DNA of 64,000 nucleotides, from NCBI GenBank assembly GCA_040006755.1, contig JBDTWJ010000001.1, positions 1,041 to 65,040 of the forward strand, in the 5' to 3' direction. Below are positions 36,233 through 45,019 of this stretch, piece after piece. The translations under genes were made by a program, and so were the position numbers. Below the pieces are notes generated by a model. That model saw nothing but the letters and a program-made list of their open reading frames with translations, searched no databases and was not told the DNA's origin. The DNA is from Ilumatobacteraceae bacterium (GTDB lineage: Bacteria > Actinomycetota > Acidimicrobiia > Acidimicrobiales > Ilumatobacteraceae). Within the stretch, counting starts at the first letter, position 1. Each line of letters starts with the position of its first letter.

Positions 36233-36500
36233 GGTAGAAGTAGGGGTCGAGTACGCGTACTTCAGTGATGGTGTCGACGGGTAGCCCGTTGCGTTGAGCT
36301 ACTTGGCGGATGGACTCGGGCGACGGCCCGTCGTAAATGCAGAAGGTCTTGCGACTGTCGTCGCCGACATACGAATGGACCCACGTGACACCGAGATCGG
36401 CATTTGTTGCGACCACCGACGCGACGGCTTTGATGCCGGTGTCGTTGATCGGAATGTCGAGCCCGTCGGGAAAGCTACGTTCTACGAGGTAGCGAGGCAT
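36201..36500 (-). CDS. DUF4242 domain protein
   Basis: MPRYLVERSF...WVHSYV..D..KTFCIYDGPSPE.IR matches DUF4242 as I remember it. Start moved to ATG 36500. Confidence 0.7.
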   Translation of the reverse strand: MPRYLVERSFPDGLDIPINDTGIKAVASVVATNADLGVTWVHSYVGDDSRKTFCIYDGPSPESIRQVAQRNGLPVDTITEVRVLDPYFYRGMGGESNAS

Positions 36501-36581
36501 TTTGATCTCCGTTTCCAGCCGGGCGGTCCGGCCTGGTTCGAAGGTACAAAAAGCCTCGCAGATGCACATCGGGAGGCTTCC

Positions 36582-39197
36582 CTATCTTTGTGCCGACGGT
36601 TCCCCATCTTGCACGCCGAGACGAGCGGCCTCGCGGGCAGCCTCGCCGCGGGAGGACACGCCGAGCTTCGTCAGCACCGACGACACGTGGTGGTCGATCG
36701 TCTTGGCGGACAAAACCAGCTGATCAGCGATCTCGGAGTTGCGCATTCCCTGTGCGATCAGGCGTAGCACATCCAGTTCACGCGTGGTGAGCCCGGCTGG
36801 GTTCGCCCTCGTCGACGAGCGCGCACCGCGGGGGATACTGCGCACGCCGATTTCGCGCATACGACGGACCACCAGGGTCGCTGCGGGATCGGCGCCGAGC
36901 GCGTCGAACAGTTCGAAGGCGTGACGCAGATCGTCGGGGTGGTCGCTCTGGGACAGCGCCAGCGCTTCCTCGTACGGACAGCCGATCCGCTGCCAGGCGT
37001 CGGCGGACTCGCGAGCGCGCCCTTCGATCATCATCGCCCATGGTTCAGCGGCGCATTCCGGGACGGCCTCCTCGATACCGCCATTGTGCCGCCACCAGGC
37101 GATCTCGCCGGCCCACCAGCTGGCCCGGCTGTCGATGCAAGCTTGCAGCACGCAACCGGAATCAGTTGCATCGATCGCGGGGTGACCACCGAGCCACGCG
37201 GCTTCCGCTCGCGCCGCGGTGGCTGGGCCGAGCCACTGGAGCTCGCCCGATCGGTCCGCCATTTGAGCGGCCTCGTCGAGCAGTGCTGAGTGGCCAGGAT
37301 CGCCTCGGCGAGCTCGGACCAACCCGACGGTGATCAGCGCTGAGATACGCGCCAACGGCGTGCCCGGCACATTCACGCTTGCTGGAACAGCGGCGATCGC
37401 TTTGTCCCACCTGCCCCGATCCAGTTCCGTTCGGGCGTAATAGACGTGCAGATAGCGAGCCCACAGGTCCAACCCGTGCTCGGTGCAGTATTCGCTCGCC
37501 GTGCTGTAGTACGGATCGATGAAGTCCCATCGCCGGTGTCGTTGGGCGATGTCGGCCAGATGGATGTAGGCGCGGCCAACATGGTCGTCGCGGCCTTCCG
37601 CCAACGCGATCTCCAGGCTTTGCAACAGATCGGCCAAGCCGCGTTCGTCGCCAACCAACAGCCGGAGTCCACCGATCGTGTTGAGTGCGTGCACCACGAC
37701 ATCGCGATCACCACAACGACGAGCGAGGTCGAGCGCTTGCTGACCCGCGACAAGGCCCGTCTCGATCTGACTCGCGTTCATCGCGAGCATGGCGACGTTC
37801 GCGTAGGCCGCGGCGAGTTCGGAACCAGACGGCTGCCTCTGCAGGAGACCAACGGCCTTCTCGCCGTTTGCGTGAGCGTCGATGCGCCGGCCGCCACACC
37901 GTTGCACCGTCGACAGTCGCCGCAACGCATCGCCCTCGCGAATTTCGTCGCCTGTCTGATGCCGGAGCTCGACTGCTTCACTCAGCCATGCGATTGCCTC
38001 GTCGAACTGATCGATGAGGTACACCTCGCGGCCGCCCTGCTCCAACAACTCTGCTCGACGTTCGGCATCGAGGTGCGCCGCGAAGCGCAATGCTCGCCGG
38101 TACTGCGCAGCCGCTTCGCGGTGGGCTCCACGGCCGGCGGCCTCGGCAGCGGCAATCGGCGCGAACTCGGTGACTGCTTCGGCATCGCCGGTCGCTTCTG
38201 CGTGGTGCGCGAGGCGCGCCGGGTCTGCGCCTTCGGTGCGCAGCAACTGCAACGCCAGAGCGTGAAGGGAAACGCGCCGAAGCGGCTCGATCTCGTCAAT
38301 GATCGCCTCACGTGCCAAGTCGTTTCGGAATGAGATCCCGTCGGCCGACTCGACCAGCATCCCCGACGACAGGCATGCGGCCAGTCGGCCTGCATGAGCG
38401 CCGCCCATCGCGGAAACCATGCCGAGTGGAACGGAGCCGGTGACGATGGCAACGTCCTCCAACAGGCTGCGTGCGTCGGGATCGAGGCTGGCAGCACGCG
38501 CCAGCACCGCATCGCGTACTGACGCTGGCAGCTCCGTGCCATCGGTCGCCAACACCTCGGTCACATAGAACGGGTTGCCACCGGTGCGCTGAAACAGTTC
38601 GTCGGCGTCGAAGCCGTGTGGCGCAGCGAGTTCTCGGACTGCGTGCCGCGACAGCGGCGCCAAGCGCATGCGCTCGGCTCCCGCTGCGGCGAGATCGCCC
38701 AACACCAGGCGCAGCGGATGATCCAGCGCCAGCTCATCGCGACTCGTCACGACCGCCATGCTGCGCGTCGACGCCATGCGGCGGGCAAGTAATGCGATGA
38801 CGTCGAGCGTCGCCTCGTCGGCCCAATGCACGTCCTCGAGCACGACCAAGGTGGGGCACGATCGCAACTCTTCGAGCAGCACGGGAAACACCTCGTGCAT
38901 CGGCGCGCCGCGGCCCACGACCTCCCCGAGCCGGCCGCCAGTCTTCGAGGCGATGTCGGCGAGCGGACCAAGAGGTCGCGCGGTGAAGAGCCGTTCGCAT
39001 GAACCAGTCCACACGCGGACCGTGCCACCACAATCGCCGATGCGCTCCACGAGCGCTGTCTTGCCGATTCCAGCCTCTCCCATCAGGAGCATCAACTTCC
39101 CCGCGCCGTTGCGAGCGTCGTCGAGCGAACGACGCAGCCGGGCCAATTGCTCGTCTCGCTCCAACAACTGCATGGTCGGCACCACGTCTCTCATCAT
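36582..39197 (-). CDS. large ATP-binding LuxR-family regulator (LAL/MalT-like)
   Basis: N-terminal Walker A (GEAGIGKT), a long helical-repeat middle region and a C-terminal LuxR HTH (LTTRELDVLRLIAQGMRNSEIADQLVLSAKTIDHHVSSVLTKLGV). Confidence 0.88.
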   Translation of the reverse strand: MMRDVVPTMQLLERDEQLARLRRSLDDARNGAGKLMLLMGEAGIGKTALVERIGDCGGTVRVWTGSCERLFTARPLGPLADIASKTGGRLGEVVGRGAPMHEVFPVLLEELRSCPTLVVLEDVHWADEATLDVIALLARRMASTRSMAVVTSRDELALDHPLRLVLGDLAAAGAERMRLAPLSRHAVRELAAPHGFDADELFQRTGGNPFYVTEVLATDGTELPASVRDAVLARAASLDPDARSLLEDVAIVTGSVPLGMVSAMGGAHAGRLAACLSSGMLVESADGISFRNDLAREAIIDEIEPLRRVSLHALALQLLRTEGADPARLAHHAEATGDAEAVTEFAPIAAAEAAGRGAHREAAAQYRRALRFAAHLDAERRAELLEQGGREVYLIDQFDEAIAWLSEAVELRHQTGDEIREGDALRRLSTVQRCGGRRIDAHANGEKAVGLLQRQPSGSELAAAYANVAMLAMNASQIETGLVAGQQALDLARRCGDRDVVVHALNTIGGLRLLVGDERGLADLLQSLEIALAEGRDDHVGRAYIHLADIAQRHRRWDFIDPYYSTASEYCTEHGLDLWARYLHVYYARTELDRGRWDKAIAAVPASVNVPGTPLARISALITVGLVRARRGDPGHSALLDEAAQMADRSGELQWLGPATAARAEAAWLGGHPAIDATDSGCVLQACIDSRASWWAGEIAWWRHNGGIEEAVPECAAEPWAMMIEGRARESADAWQRIGCPYEEALALSQSDHPDDLRHAFELFDALGADPAATLVVRRMREIGVRSIPRGARSSTRANPAGLTTRELDVLRLIAQGMRNSEIADQLVLSAKTIDHHVSSVLTKLGVSSRGEAAREAARLGVQDGEPSAQR

Positions 39198-39235
39198 GAC
39201 GAAGAGTCGGCCAGGATGAAAGTCAAAACATCCCG

Positions 39236-39628
39236 TCAGTCGTTCGTGTCATCGTCGAGCTCATGAGCGAGCGGATGGCGTGGTTCGTACAGCATCAGCC
39301 ATCCTGCGCCGGGCACTTGGATCGACGTCACGAGACCAAATCCTTGATCGACGATCTTGTCGTCGACTTCCACTCCCTTGCCGCGCAACTCGGCCACGGT
39401 GGCGTTGATGTCGTCGCACATCAGTGATGCCTGGTGGAACGGGAGCGTGGAGGTGCGATCTTCGTGGTTCTCCGACGCGGGATGTACGCCCAGCTCGCTC
39501 GGCGCCGTCTTGAAGATGAGCCAACCGCCGCCCGCATCGACCGATGGCCACTTGAGCACGTCACGAAAGAACGCCCGCGTGGCCTCGGCATCCTCGGAAT
39601 GCACGATCGTGTGAAACCCGGTGATCAT
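39236..39628 (-). CDS. VOC (glyoxalase/bleomycin-resistance) family protein
   Basis: 130 aa. Has the beta-alpha-beta-beta-beta module signature (HTIVHSEDAEATRAFFRDVL...). Confidence 0.8.
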   Translation of the reverse strand: MITGFHTIVHSEDAEATRAFFRDVLKWPSVDAGGGWLIFKTAPSELGVHPASENHEDRTSTLPFHQASLMCDDINATVAELRGKGVEVDDKIVDQGFGLVTSIQVPGAGWLMLYEPRHPLAHELDDDTND

Positions 39629-39764
39629 GGACAGACCCTACGCCGGGATCCGATGCTCGCTTTCACGAGAACTCTGAAGGATTCCTTTGACATCTCGCTC
39701 TGCCGCAGCGGGAGAGTGTGATCACAACGTGAACGGTTCGTTTCAGATCTGAGGAGATGTCGCT

Positions 39765-40153
39765 GTGGTACATGACGCCAGGATGAAGATCTCCGACGAG
39801 GGGGTCCTCGCTGCGCTGGCGCATCCCGCTCGTCTGGCGATCTCGCATCTGCTGTTGACGGTCGGCGACAGCACGGCAACCGCAGGTTTCCCTGGGCGGC
39901 GCTCGGGATCGGTCTTTTCACCGCCGTCCAACGGTTCAGCCCGGCCGGAATGCTGGGACGAGTCATCGGCATGGCCGGCGCGCTCGCTGCACTCGCCCGC
40001 GCCTCGGGAGCGTTGCTCGCCGGTGTCTTGGTGTCGCAAGTCGATCTGATCGTGCTGCTCGACGTGCAATCGGTCATCTACCTGGCGTGCGCTCTGCTGG
40101 CGTACATGCTGATCCGGGACGGGCGGGACGGACGGACAAGTCGCGTCGAGTGA
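39765..40153 (+). pseudogene. remnant: ArsR-like HTH N-terminus joined out of frame to the C-terminal ~85 aa of an MFS transporter
   Basis: Frame 1 reads MKISDEGVLAALAHPARLAISHLLL (ArsR-like) up to about 39880. From about 39893, another frame reads WAALGIGLFTAVQRFSPAGMLGRVIGMAGALAALARASGALLAGVLV...LACALLAYMLIR (last MFS helices), ending at 40153. Confidence 0.4.
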
Positions 40154-40310
40154 GAGTACGGTGCGGCAATGGCCATCCAGCGGAAATCCGATCGCCCAGT
40201 GGGAATCACCAACGAATCAGGTCAGCCGGAGATCGTGCTCGAGCTGGATGGGCTGACGCTCTCGATGAAGCCTCCCAGCAAGCCGACCGACGCCACATCG
40301 ACCGACGCCG

Positions 40311-40829
40311 ATGAAGAAGATCCCAAAGCCGACGGGCGCTGACTTTCGAGATCCTCGCGTGCCGGCGATCGACGTAGAACGGTTCGTCGACGCGCAGCAC
40401 GACGACTTCGCGCGAGCTCTCGGCGAGATCGAGGCCGGCCGCAAGCAATCGCATTGGATGTGGTACGTCTTCCCGCAGGTCACCGGACTCGGGGCCAGTG
40501 GTATGTCGATCCACTACGCAATCGGAATTGTCGCCGAGGCCGGGGCGTTCCTCGCCCATCCGGTGCTCGGCCCTCGCTATCGGCAGATGGTCAACGCGGT
40601 GTGGCACCAGGTCGTCGAAGGTGGCACCACCATCCACAACCTGTTCGGATCTCCAGACGATGCCAAGCTCGTCTCCTCGTTGACGCTGTTCGCCGGCGCC
40701 GCCCGTCGCCTCGACGCTGCCGAGCCCGACCTGCGCACCTTCATCACGCAAGTCGATGAGGTCCTCGAAGCTGCAAGCACCCAAGGTCTCGCACGATGCA
40801 CGACCACAGAGATCTTCATCGAGGAATGA
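40311..40829 (+). CDS. DUF1810 domain protein
   Basis: VERFVDAQ...KQSHWMWYVFPQVTGLGAS...LGPRY motifs. The real start may be GTG 40359. Confidence 0.75.
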   Translation: MKKIPKPTGADFRDPRVPAIDVERFVDAQHDDFARALGEIEAGRKQSHWMWYVFPQVTGLGASGMSIHYAIGIVAEAGAFLAHPVLGPRYRQMVNAVWHQVVEGGTTIHNLFGSPDDAKLVSSLTLFAGAARRLDAAEPDLRTFITQVDEVLEAASTQGLARCTTTEIFIEE

Positions 40830-41329
40830 TGCCGCTGAGCTTTGCACGCGTTGTGTTGCCAGATGATTCCGATCGGTTGGTGGGCTTCCTTTGTGCGAAC
40901 CAGTGGCCCTTTCATCACACCACTCGACCTCAAACTGCAGATGTGGCCCACATGGTGTTCGCAAGTTCGGACGTGTCCAGTTACTGGGCCGTGAGCGACG
41001 GCCGTGACGTCGGATTGATCCGGTTGCTCGACCTTGACGATTCGGTCGAAGGAAGTCCGCTGTTCGACGTTCGGATTGCGGAGGCGGATCGGGGACGCGG
41101 CGTCGGTGGCGAGTGCGTGCAGTGGCTCACGGAACACCTGTTCGCGACGTACCCGAGTCTGCATCGCGTAGAAGCGAACACGAGAGCAGACAACGTGGCG
41201 ATGCAACGCGTACTCGGCCGGTCGGCCTACCAACTCGAAGGACGACTTCGCGAGTCGTGGCCGTCCGAGGAGGGCCTTCGTTACGACACCCTGATCTACG
41301 GGCTCCTCCGAACCGAGCGGAGTCGCTGA
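40826..41329 (+). CDS. GNAT family N-acetyltransferase (RimJ/RimL-like)
   Basis: RGRGVGGECVQWLTEHLF...LHRVEANTRADNVAMQRVLGRSAYQLEGRLRES. The ATG overlaps the DUF1810 stop (ATGA). Confidence 0.8.
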   Translation: MMPLSFARVVLPDDSDRLVGFLCANQWPFHHTTRPQTADVAHMVFASSDVSSYWAVSDGRDVGLIRLLDLDDSVEGSPLFDVRIAEADRGRGVGGECVQWLTEHLFATYPSLHRVEANTRADNVAMQRVLGRSAYQLEGRLRESWPSEEGLRYDTLIYGLLRTERSR

Positions 41330-41413
41330 CAGCGACCTGCCCGCCTTCGGGCCCGTTACGGTTCCTCGGGAAACCATCGCATCGACGCGAACCGTTTCTG
41401 CGAGGCTTCCCCA

Positions 41414-42148
41414 ATGGACGGGTTCGACCCTCGGAACAGCTTCGGCGATGACGTCGCTCGTCGTTACGACGATCACCTGCGCGGCGACGAGGACGACGCC
41501 GCCGCATTCCTGGCCGACCTCGCTGGCGAGGGGGCGGCACTCGAGTTTGCCATCGGTACTGGCCGGATCGCTCTACCGCTCGCTGCTATGGGCGTCCGGG
41601 TGGATGGAATCGAGCTCTCGCCACCGATGGTGGAGCGACTCCGTACGAAGCCCGGAGGGCTTGCCATCGAGGTCACCGTCGGCGACATGTCGACAACGGT
41701 GCTCTCGCGTCACTACCGAGTCGTGTACCTCGTCTATAACACGATCTTCAACCTTCTCACCGAGGATGATCAGGTGCGTTGCTTCGAGAACGCTGGCCGC
41801 CATCTCGCCGACGACGGAGTCTTCGTCGTGGAAACCGCTGTACCAACTGCATGGATCACACCAGAGCGTCCGGAGTATGTCCGAGCCGAGCACGTCGGTA
41901 TGAGCGAGGTACGTCTCGACGTGGCGCGCTATGACCCGGTCTCCCAACTCTTGGAGGAGAATCATGTGCGACTCACCCCTGCAGGTATCACGATGGACCC
42001 GATCGTGTGCCGCCTGATCACTCCCGGAGAGATCGACCTGATGGCTCGCATCGCCGGACTGCGCCTGGTTCACAGGTACGGCTCGTGGCGACGCGAACGA
42101 TTTGATGCGTCGAGCCGCGCTCACGTCTCGGTGTACGCACAAGCGTGA
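41414..42148 (+). CDS. class I SAM-dependent methyltransferase
   Basis: Motif I ALEFAIGTGRIALPLA and post-I VDGIELSPPM. Confidence 0.85.
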   Translation: MDGFDPRNSFGDDVARRYDDHLRGDEDDAAAFLADLAGEGAALEFAIGTGRIALPLAAMGVRVDGIELSPPMVERLRTKPGGLAIEVTVGDMSTTVLSRHYRVVYLVYNTIFNLLTEDDQVRCFENAGRHLADDGVFVVETAVPTAWITPERPEYVRAEHVGMSEVRLDVARYDPVSQLLEENHVRLTPAGITMDPIVCRLITPGEIDLMARIAGLRLVHRYGSWRRERFDASSRAHVSVYAQA

Positions 42149-42276
42149 AGCCTCTCTTTTCTGTCCATCAGAGTGTTACCCAACACCCCGAGTGAGCACC
42201 CAACACTCCGTTAGTGGCGGGGGGCCGACGCTCTCGCCTGAGATCGAGCGATGGCTCGACGGGTACCATGTCGTGA

Positions 42277-42930
42277 ATGAGTGAGTCGTTCAGCAACGTG
42301 ATCTCCGGCGAGTCCGAAATGCGAGAGATCTACCGCATGCCCGCTGCGACGACGAAGATGAAGGTGCTGCCTCACCTCGATCAGCACGCGCGCACGTTCA
42401 TCAACGCGTCGCCATTCGTCCTCATCGGTACGTCGTCGTCCGACGGCACCGGCGACGTATCGCCCAAAGGTGGGCCCGCAGGGTTCGTCGTCGTGCTCGA
42501 CGATCAGCGCATCGCGATTCCCGACCTGGCCGGCAACAACCTGCTCGACTCCATCACCAACATCGTCAACGGCTCCGGCATCGGGTTGCTGTTCCTCGTG
42601 CCGGGCATGGACGAGACGTTACGCGTCAACGGGCACGCTTGCCTCACCACCGAACCGGCCGTTCTCGACGCTTGCTCGGTGAGGGACAGGCGCCCGAAGG
42701 CGGCAATCGGTGTCTCCGTGACGCAGCAATACATGCACTGCGCGAAGGCGTTCCGTCGAAGCGAGTTGTGGAAGGGCGAGACGTGGCCGGATCGCGCCTC
42801 GCTGCCCTCGCTCGGTTGCATCCTCGTCGATCAGATCTCGCTGCCCGAAGACGTCACAGCCGAGTCCATCGACGCCAACCTCGAGGTGTCGTACGCCGCC
42901 AGCCTGTGGGAGCCGGGCGGCAAGGCGTAG
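42277..42930 (+). CDS. PPOX-type FMN-dependent flavoprotein (MSMEG_1061-like)
   Basis: SPFVLIGTSSSDGTGDVSPKGG...IPDLAGNNLLDS...LFLVPGMDETLRVNG. Confidence 0.8.
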   Translation: MSESFSNVISGESEMREIYRMPAATTKMKVLPHLDQHARTFINASPFVLIGTSSSDGTGDVSPKGGPAGFVVVLDDQRIAIPDLAGNNLLDSITNIVNGSGIGLLFLVPGMDETLRVNGHACLTTEPAVLDACSVRDRRPKAAIGVSVTQQYMHCAKAFRRSELWKGETWPDRASLPSLGCILVDQISLPEDVTAESIDANLEVSYAASLWEPGGKA

Positions 42931-42934
42931 CGCG

Positions 42935-44116
42935 TCAGTCGGGCTCCTGCCGGGCGATGAAGTCGGCCATGCCAGGCACTGTGAATGCGATCGAACCGTG
43001 CTCTGGCGCGAAGACCAATCCTTTGGCGATGAGCTTTGCGCGAACAGGCCCCAGTTGCGTCGGCTGCTTCTCGAGCCGGCGAGCCACCTCGCCCGACTGG
43101 CTGGGAGCGTCTCCGTCGGCGGCCATCGCCGACATGTAGTCGCGCTCGCCGGGCGTGGCACGCTCCCAACGCGACCGGAAGAACCCGCTGTCGAGGCGGG
43201 CCTTGCCGATGCGAATGGCTTCGGCTGCGTCGCTCGTGTCGATGGGCGAGTTCATGGCGACGTCCCACGACGCGCTGCCGTACTCTTGTAAGAAGTATGG
43301 ATAGCCGCCGGCAGCCTCGACGACGATCGTGACGGCTTCATCGGTCCACGCCACTCGCTCGTGCGCGGCCGGCCGGATCAACGCCGCCGCCGCCTCTGCT
43401 GGCGGCAATGGCCCGAGAGTTGCGTAGTTGAACAATCGCTCGGCATACGACCTCGCCTCGGCAAGAATGCCCGGAAGGTTCGGCAGTCCTGCGCCGACGA
43501 TGAAGAACGGCTTGTTCTGTTGCCCGGCTTCGTGGCACGCCTGGCAGATGGCCGACAGTTCGTCGACCTTCAGGTCTTGCATCTCGTCGATGAACAGCGC
43601 CACCCCGCAATCGAGTTCGACGGCCGCGTCGCCCAGGTCGAGGGCGAGGTCGGTGAGATCCGCCTGCAACGAGCCCGTGTCGGCGCGGCCTTGTGCAGGC
43701 TCCAGCTCGATGCCCACCGACAACGTCCCATCGGGCGCGGCGTTCAGCGAGAACGCCTTGAACGTGCGCAGCGCGGCCTTCAGTCGACTGCCCCTCGCAC
43801 CCCTGCCTTGCACCTGGCGCAGCGCGACGTTGAGAGATTGGGCGATCTGGCTGCGGAACGGCGACCGCGACCCGCTGGCGTCGGCCTCGACCTTGGCAAC
43901 GATCCACCCGTCGCTGCGCGCCGCCTCGGCGAGTTCGTTGAGCAGCACGGTCTTGCCAACACCGCGCAATCCATAGAGCACCATGCTCTGGCCGTTGCGA
44001 CGTTGCCGGGCACGGGCACGCAACACATCGAACGTGGCGATCTCCTGATCGCGCCCTGCCAACTCGAAGGGTCGCAAACCTGCGCCAGGCGAGTACGGAT
44101 TGCGAATGGGGTCCAC
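42935..44116 (-). CDS. ORC/Cdc6-like AAA ATPase with C-terminal winged-helix-like domain
   Basis: Walker A GLRGVGKT, Walker B ALFIDEMQ and sensor-like FIVGAGLP. The C-terminus (SGEVARRLEKQPTQLGPVRAKLIAKGLV) looks like a wHTH. GTG start. Confidence 0.75.
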   Translation of the reverse strand: MDPIRNPYSPGAGLRPFELAGRDQEIATFDVLRARARQRRNGQSMVLYGLRGVGKTVLLNELAEAARSDGWIVAKVEADASGSRSPFRSQIAQSLNVALRQVQGRGARGSRLKAALRTFKAFSLNAAPDGTLSVGIELEPAQGRADTGSLQADLTDLALDLGDAAVELDCGVALFIDEMQDLKVDELSAICQACHEAGQQNKPFFIVGAGLPNLPGILAEARSYAERLFNYATLGPLPPAEAAAALIRPAAHERVAWTDEAVTIVVEAAGGYPYFLQEYGSASWDVAMNSPIDTSDAAEAIRIGKARLDSGFFRSRWERATPGERDYMSAMAADGDAPSQSGEVARRLEKQPTQLGPVRAKLIAKGLVFAPEHGSIAFTVPGMADFIARQEPD

Positions 44117-44193
44117 ACCGCAACTCTAACAACTTCTAATCATATATATCTGAGTAAGCTACATAGCGCTAGAAGTCGTTATACATCTTGCTT
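44117..44193. promoter_or_regulatory. AT-rich intergenic island with 7-bp inverted repeat (ACTTCTA-N31-TAGAAGT)
   Basis: By hand count, 28 of 77 nt are G+C (about 36%), against clearly G+C-rich flanks. Repeat arms lie at 44132-44138 and 44170-44176. Sits immediately upstream of the ATPase gene. Confidence 0.35.
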
Positions 44194-44979
44194 TCATGCG
44201 GCATCGAGCGTGTATGCCGTCATCGACAGCGACCCATACGCGTATCCGTCGATCAGAACGTTCGCTTTCTCGTTCGCTGCCGCCGCAAGCCCGGCGATGT
44301 ACAACAGCGGGATGAAATGGTCGGGGGTCGGAACCGCGTTGTGGTAGTCGACGTGGTGGCGCAGTTCGACAACCTCAGCCGGAGACTCGGTCATGAACCC
44401 GATCGCCGACTCGTTGAAGCGGTGCGCCCAATCGAATCCCGCGTCGGGTTGGCTCCAGTCGACTCGCTGCAGGTTGTGAACGACGTTGCCGCTGGCAACG
44501 ATCAACACTCCTCGTGCGCGCAACGGTGCGAGCTGCGCACCCAGCGCGACGTGATACGCAAACGGTTGGTCAGCGTTGATCGACAACTGCACCACGGGGA
44601 TGTCGGCCTCGGGAAAGGCGTGTACCAGCACCGACCATGTGCCGTGGTCTATGCCCCAGCTGTCGTTGTCCATTCCCACCCACGTCGGCTTGACGACGTC
44701 GGCGATCTCTTCGGCGAGCGCCGGGTCGCCCGGCGCCGGATACTCGACCGCGAACAACTCGTCGGGAAAGCCGTAGAAGTCGTGGATCGTTCTTGGTCTG
44801 CGCATCGCCGTCACCGCGGTGGCATTGGTGTACCAGTGGGCCGACACCACGAGGATCGCCCGCGGAACCGGAACCGACGCCCCGAACGCTTGCCACGTCT
44901 CGGTGTAGCCATTTCGCTCCAACGCGTTCATCGGGCTGCCGTGTCCAATGAACGCTGCCGGCATTGTTTGCGTCGTCAT
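44194..44979 (-). CDS. ygiD: 4,5-DOPA dioxygenase extradiol (YgiD-like class III extradiol dioxygenase)
   Basis: [13 protein letters not shown]...VSAHW...[10 protein letters not shown]...[10 protein letters not shown]...ASGNVVHNL. Start moved to ATG 44979. Confidence 0.85.
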   Translation of the reverse strand: MTTQTMPAAFIGHGSPMNALERNGYTETWQAFGASVPVPRAILVVSAHWYTNATAVTAMRRPRTIHDFYGFPDELFAVEYPAPGDPALAEEIADVVKPTWVGMDNDSWGIDHGTWSVLVHAFPEADIPVVQLSINADQPFAYHVALGAQLAPLRARGVLIVASGNVVHNLQRVDWSQPDAGFDWAHRFNESAIGFMTESPAEVVELRHHVDYHNAVPTPDHFIPLLYIAGLAAAANEKANVLIDGYAYGSLSMTAYTLDAA

Positions 44980-45019
44980 CCGCTGTCGAGCATATGGGCC
45001 AACGACGACCAGCGACGAC

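Noticed and set aside
40826-41329. GNAT gene overlapping an upstream small gene, considered as a possible GNAT-toxin/antitoxin pair.
   Set aside because: The GNAT has RimJ/RimL-type motifs (Acetyltransf_3-like) rather than TacT/AtaT-like ones. The upstream partner is a 150-170-aa DUF1810 protein, not a small RHH/DUF1778-type antitoxin.
39629-44193. Whether the accessory-looking patch (remnant, DUF1810, GNAT, methyltransferase, PPOX, ATPase) is a mobile element or genomic island.
   Set aside because: No integrase, transposase, tRNA target, or flanking direct or inverted repeats are visible. Apart from two short AT-rich intergenic stretches, the coding composition looks native.
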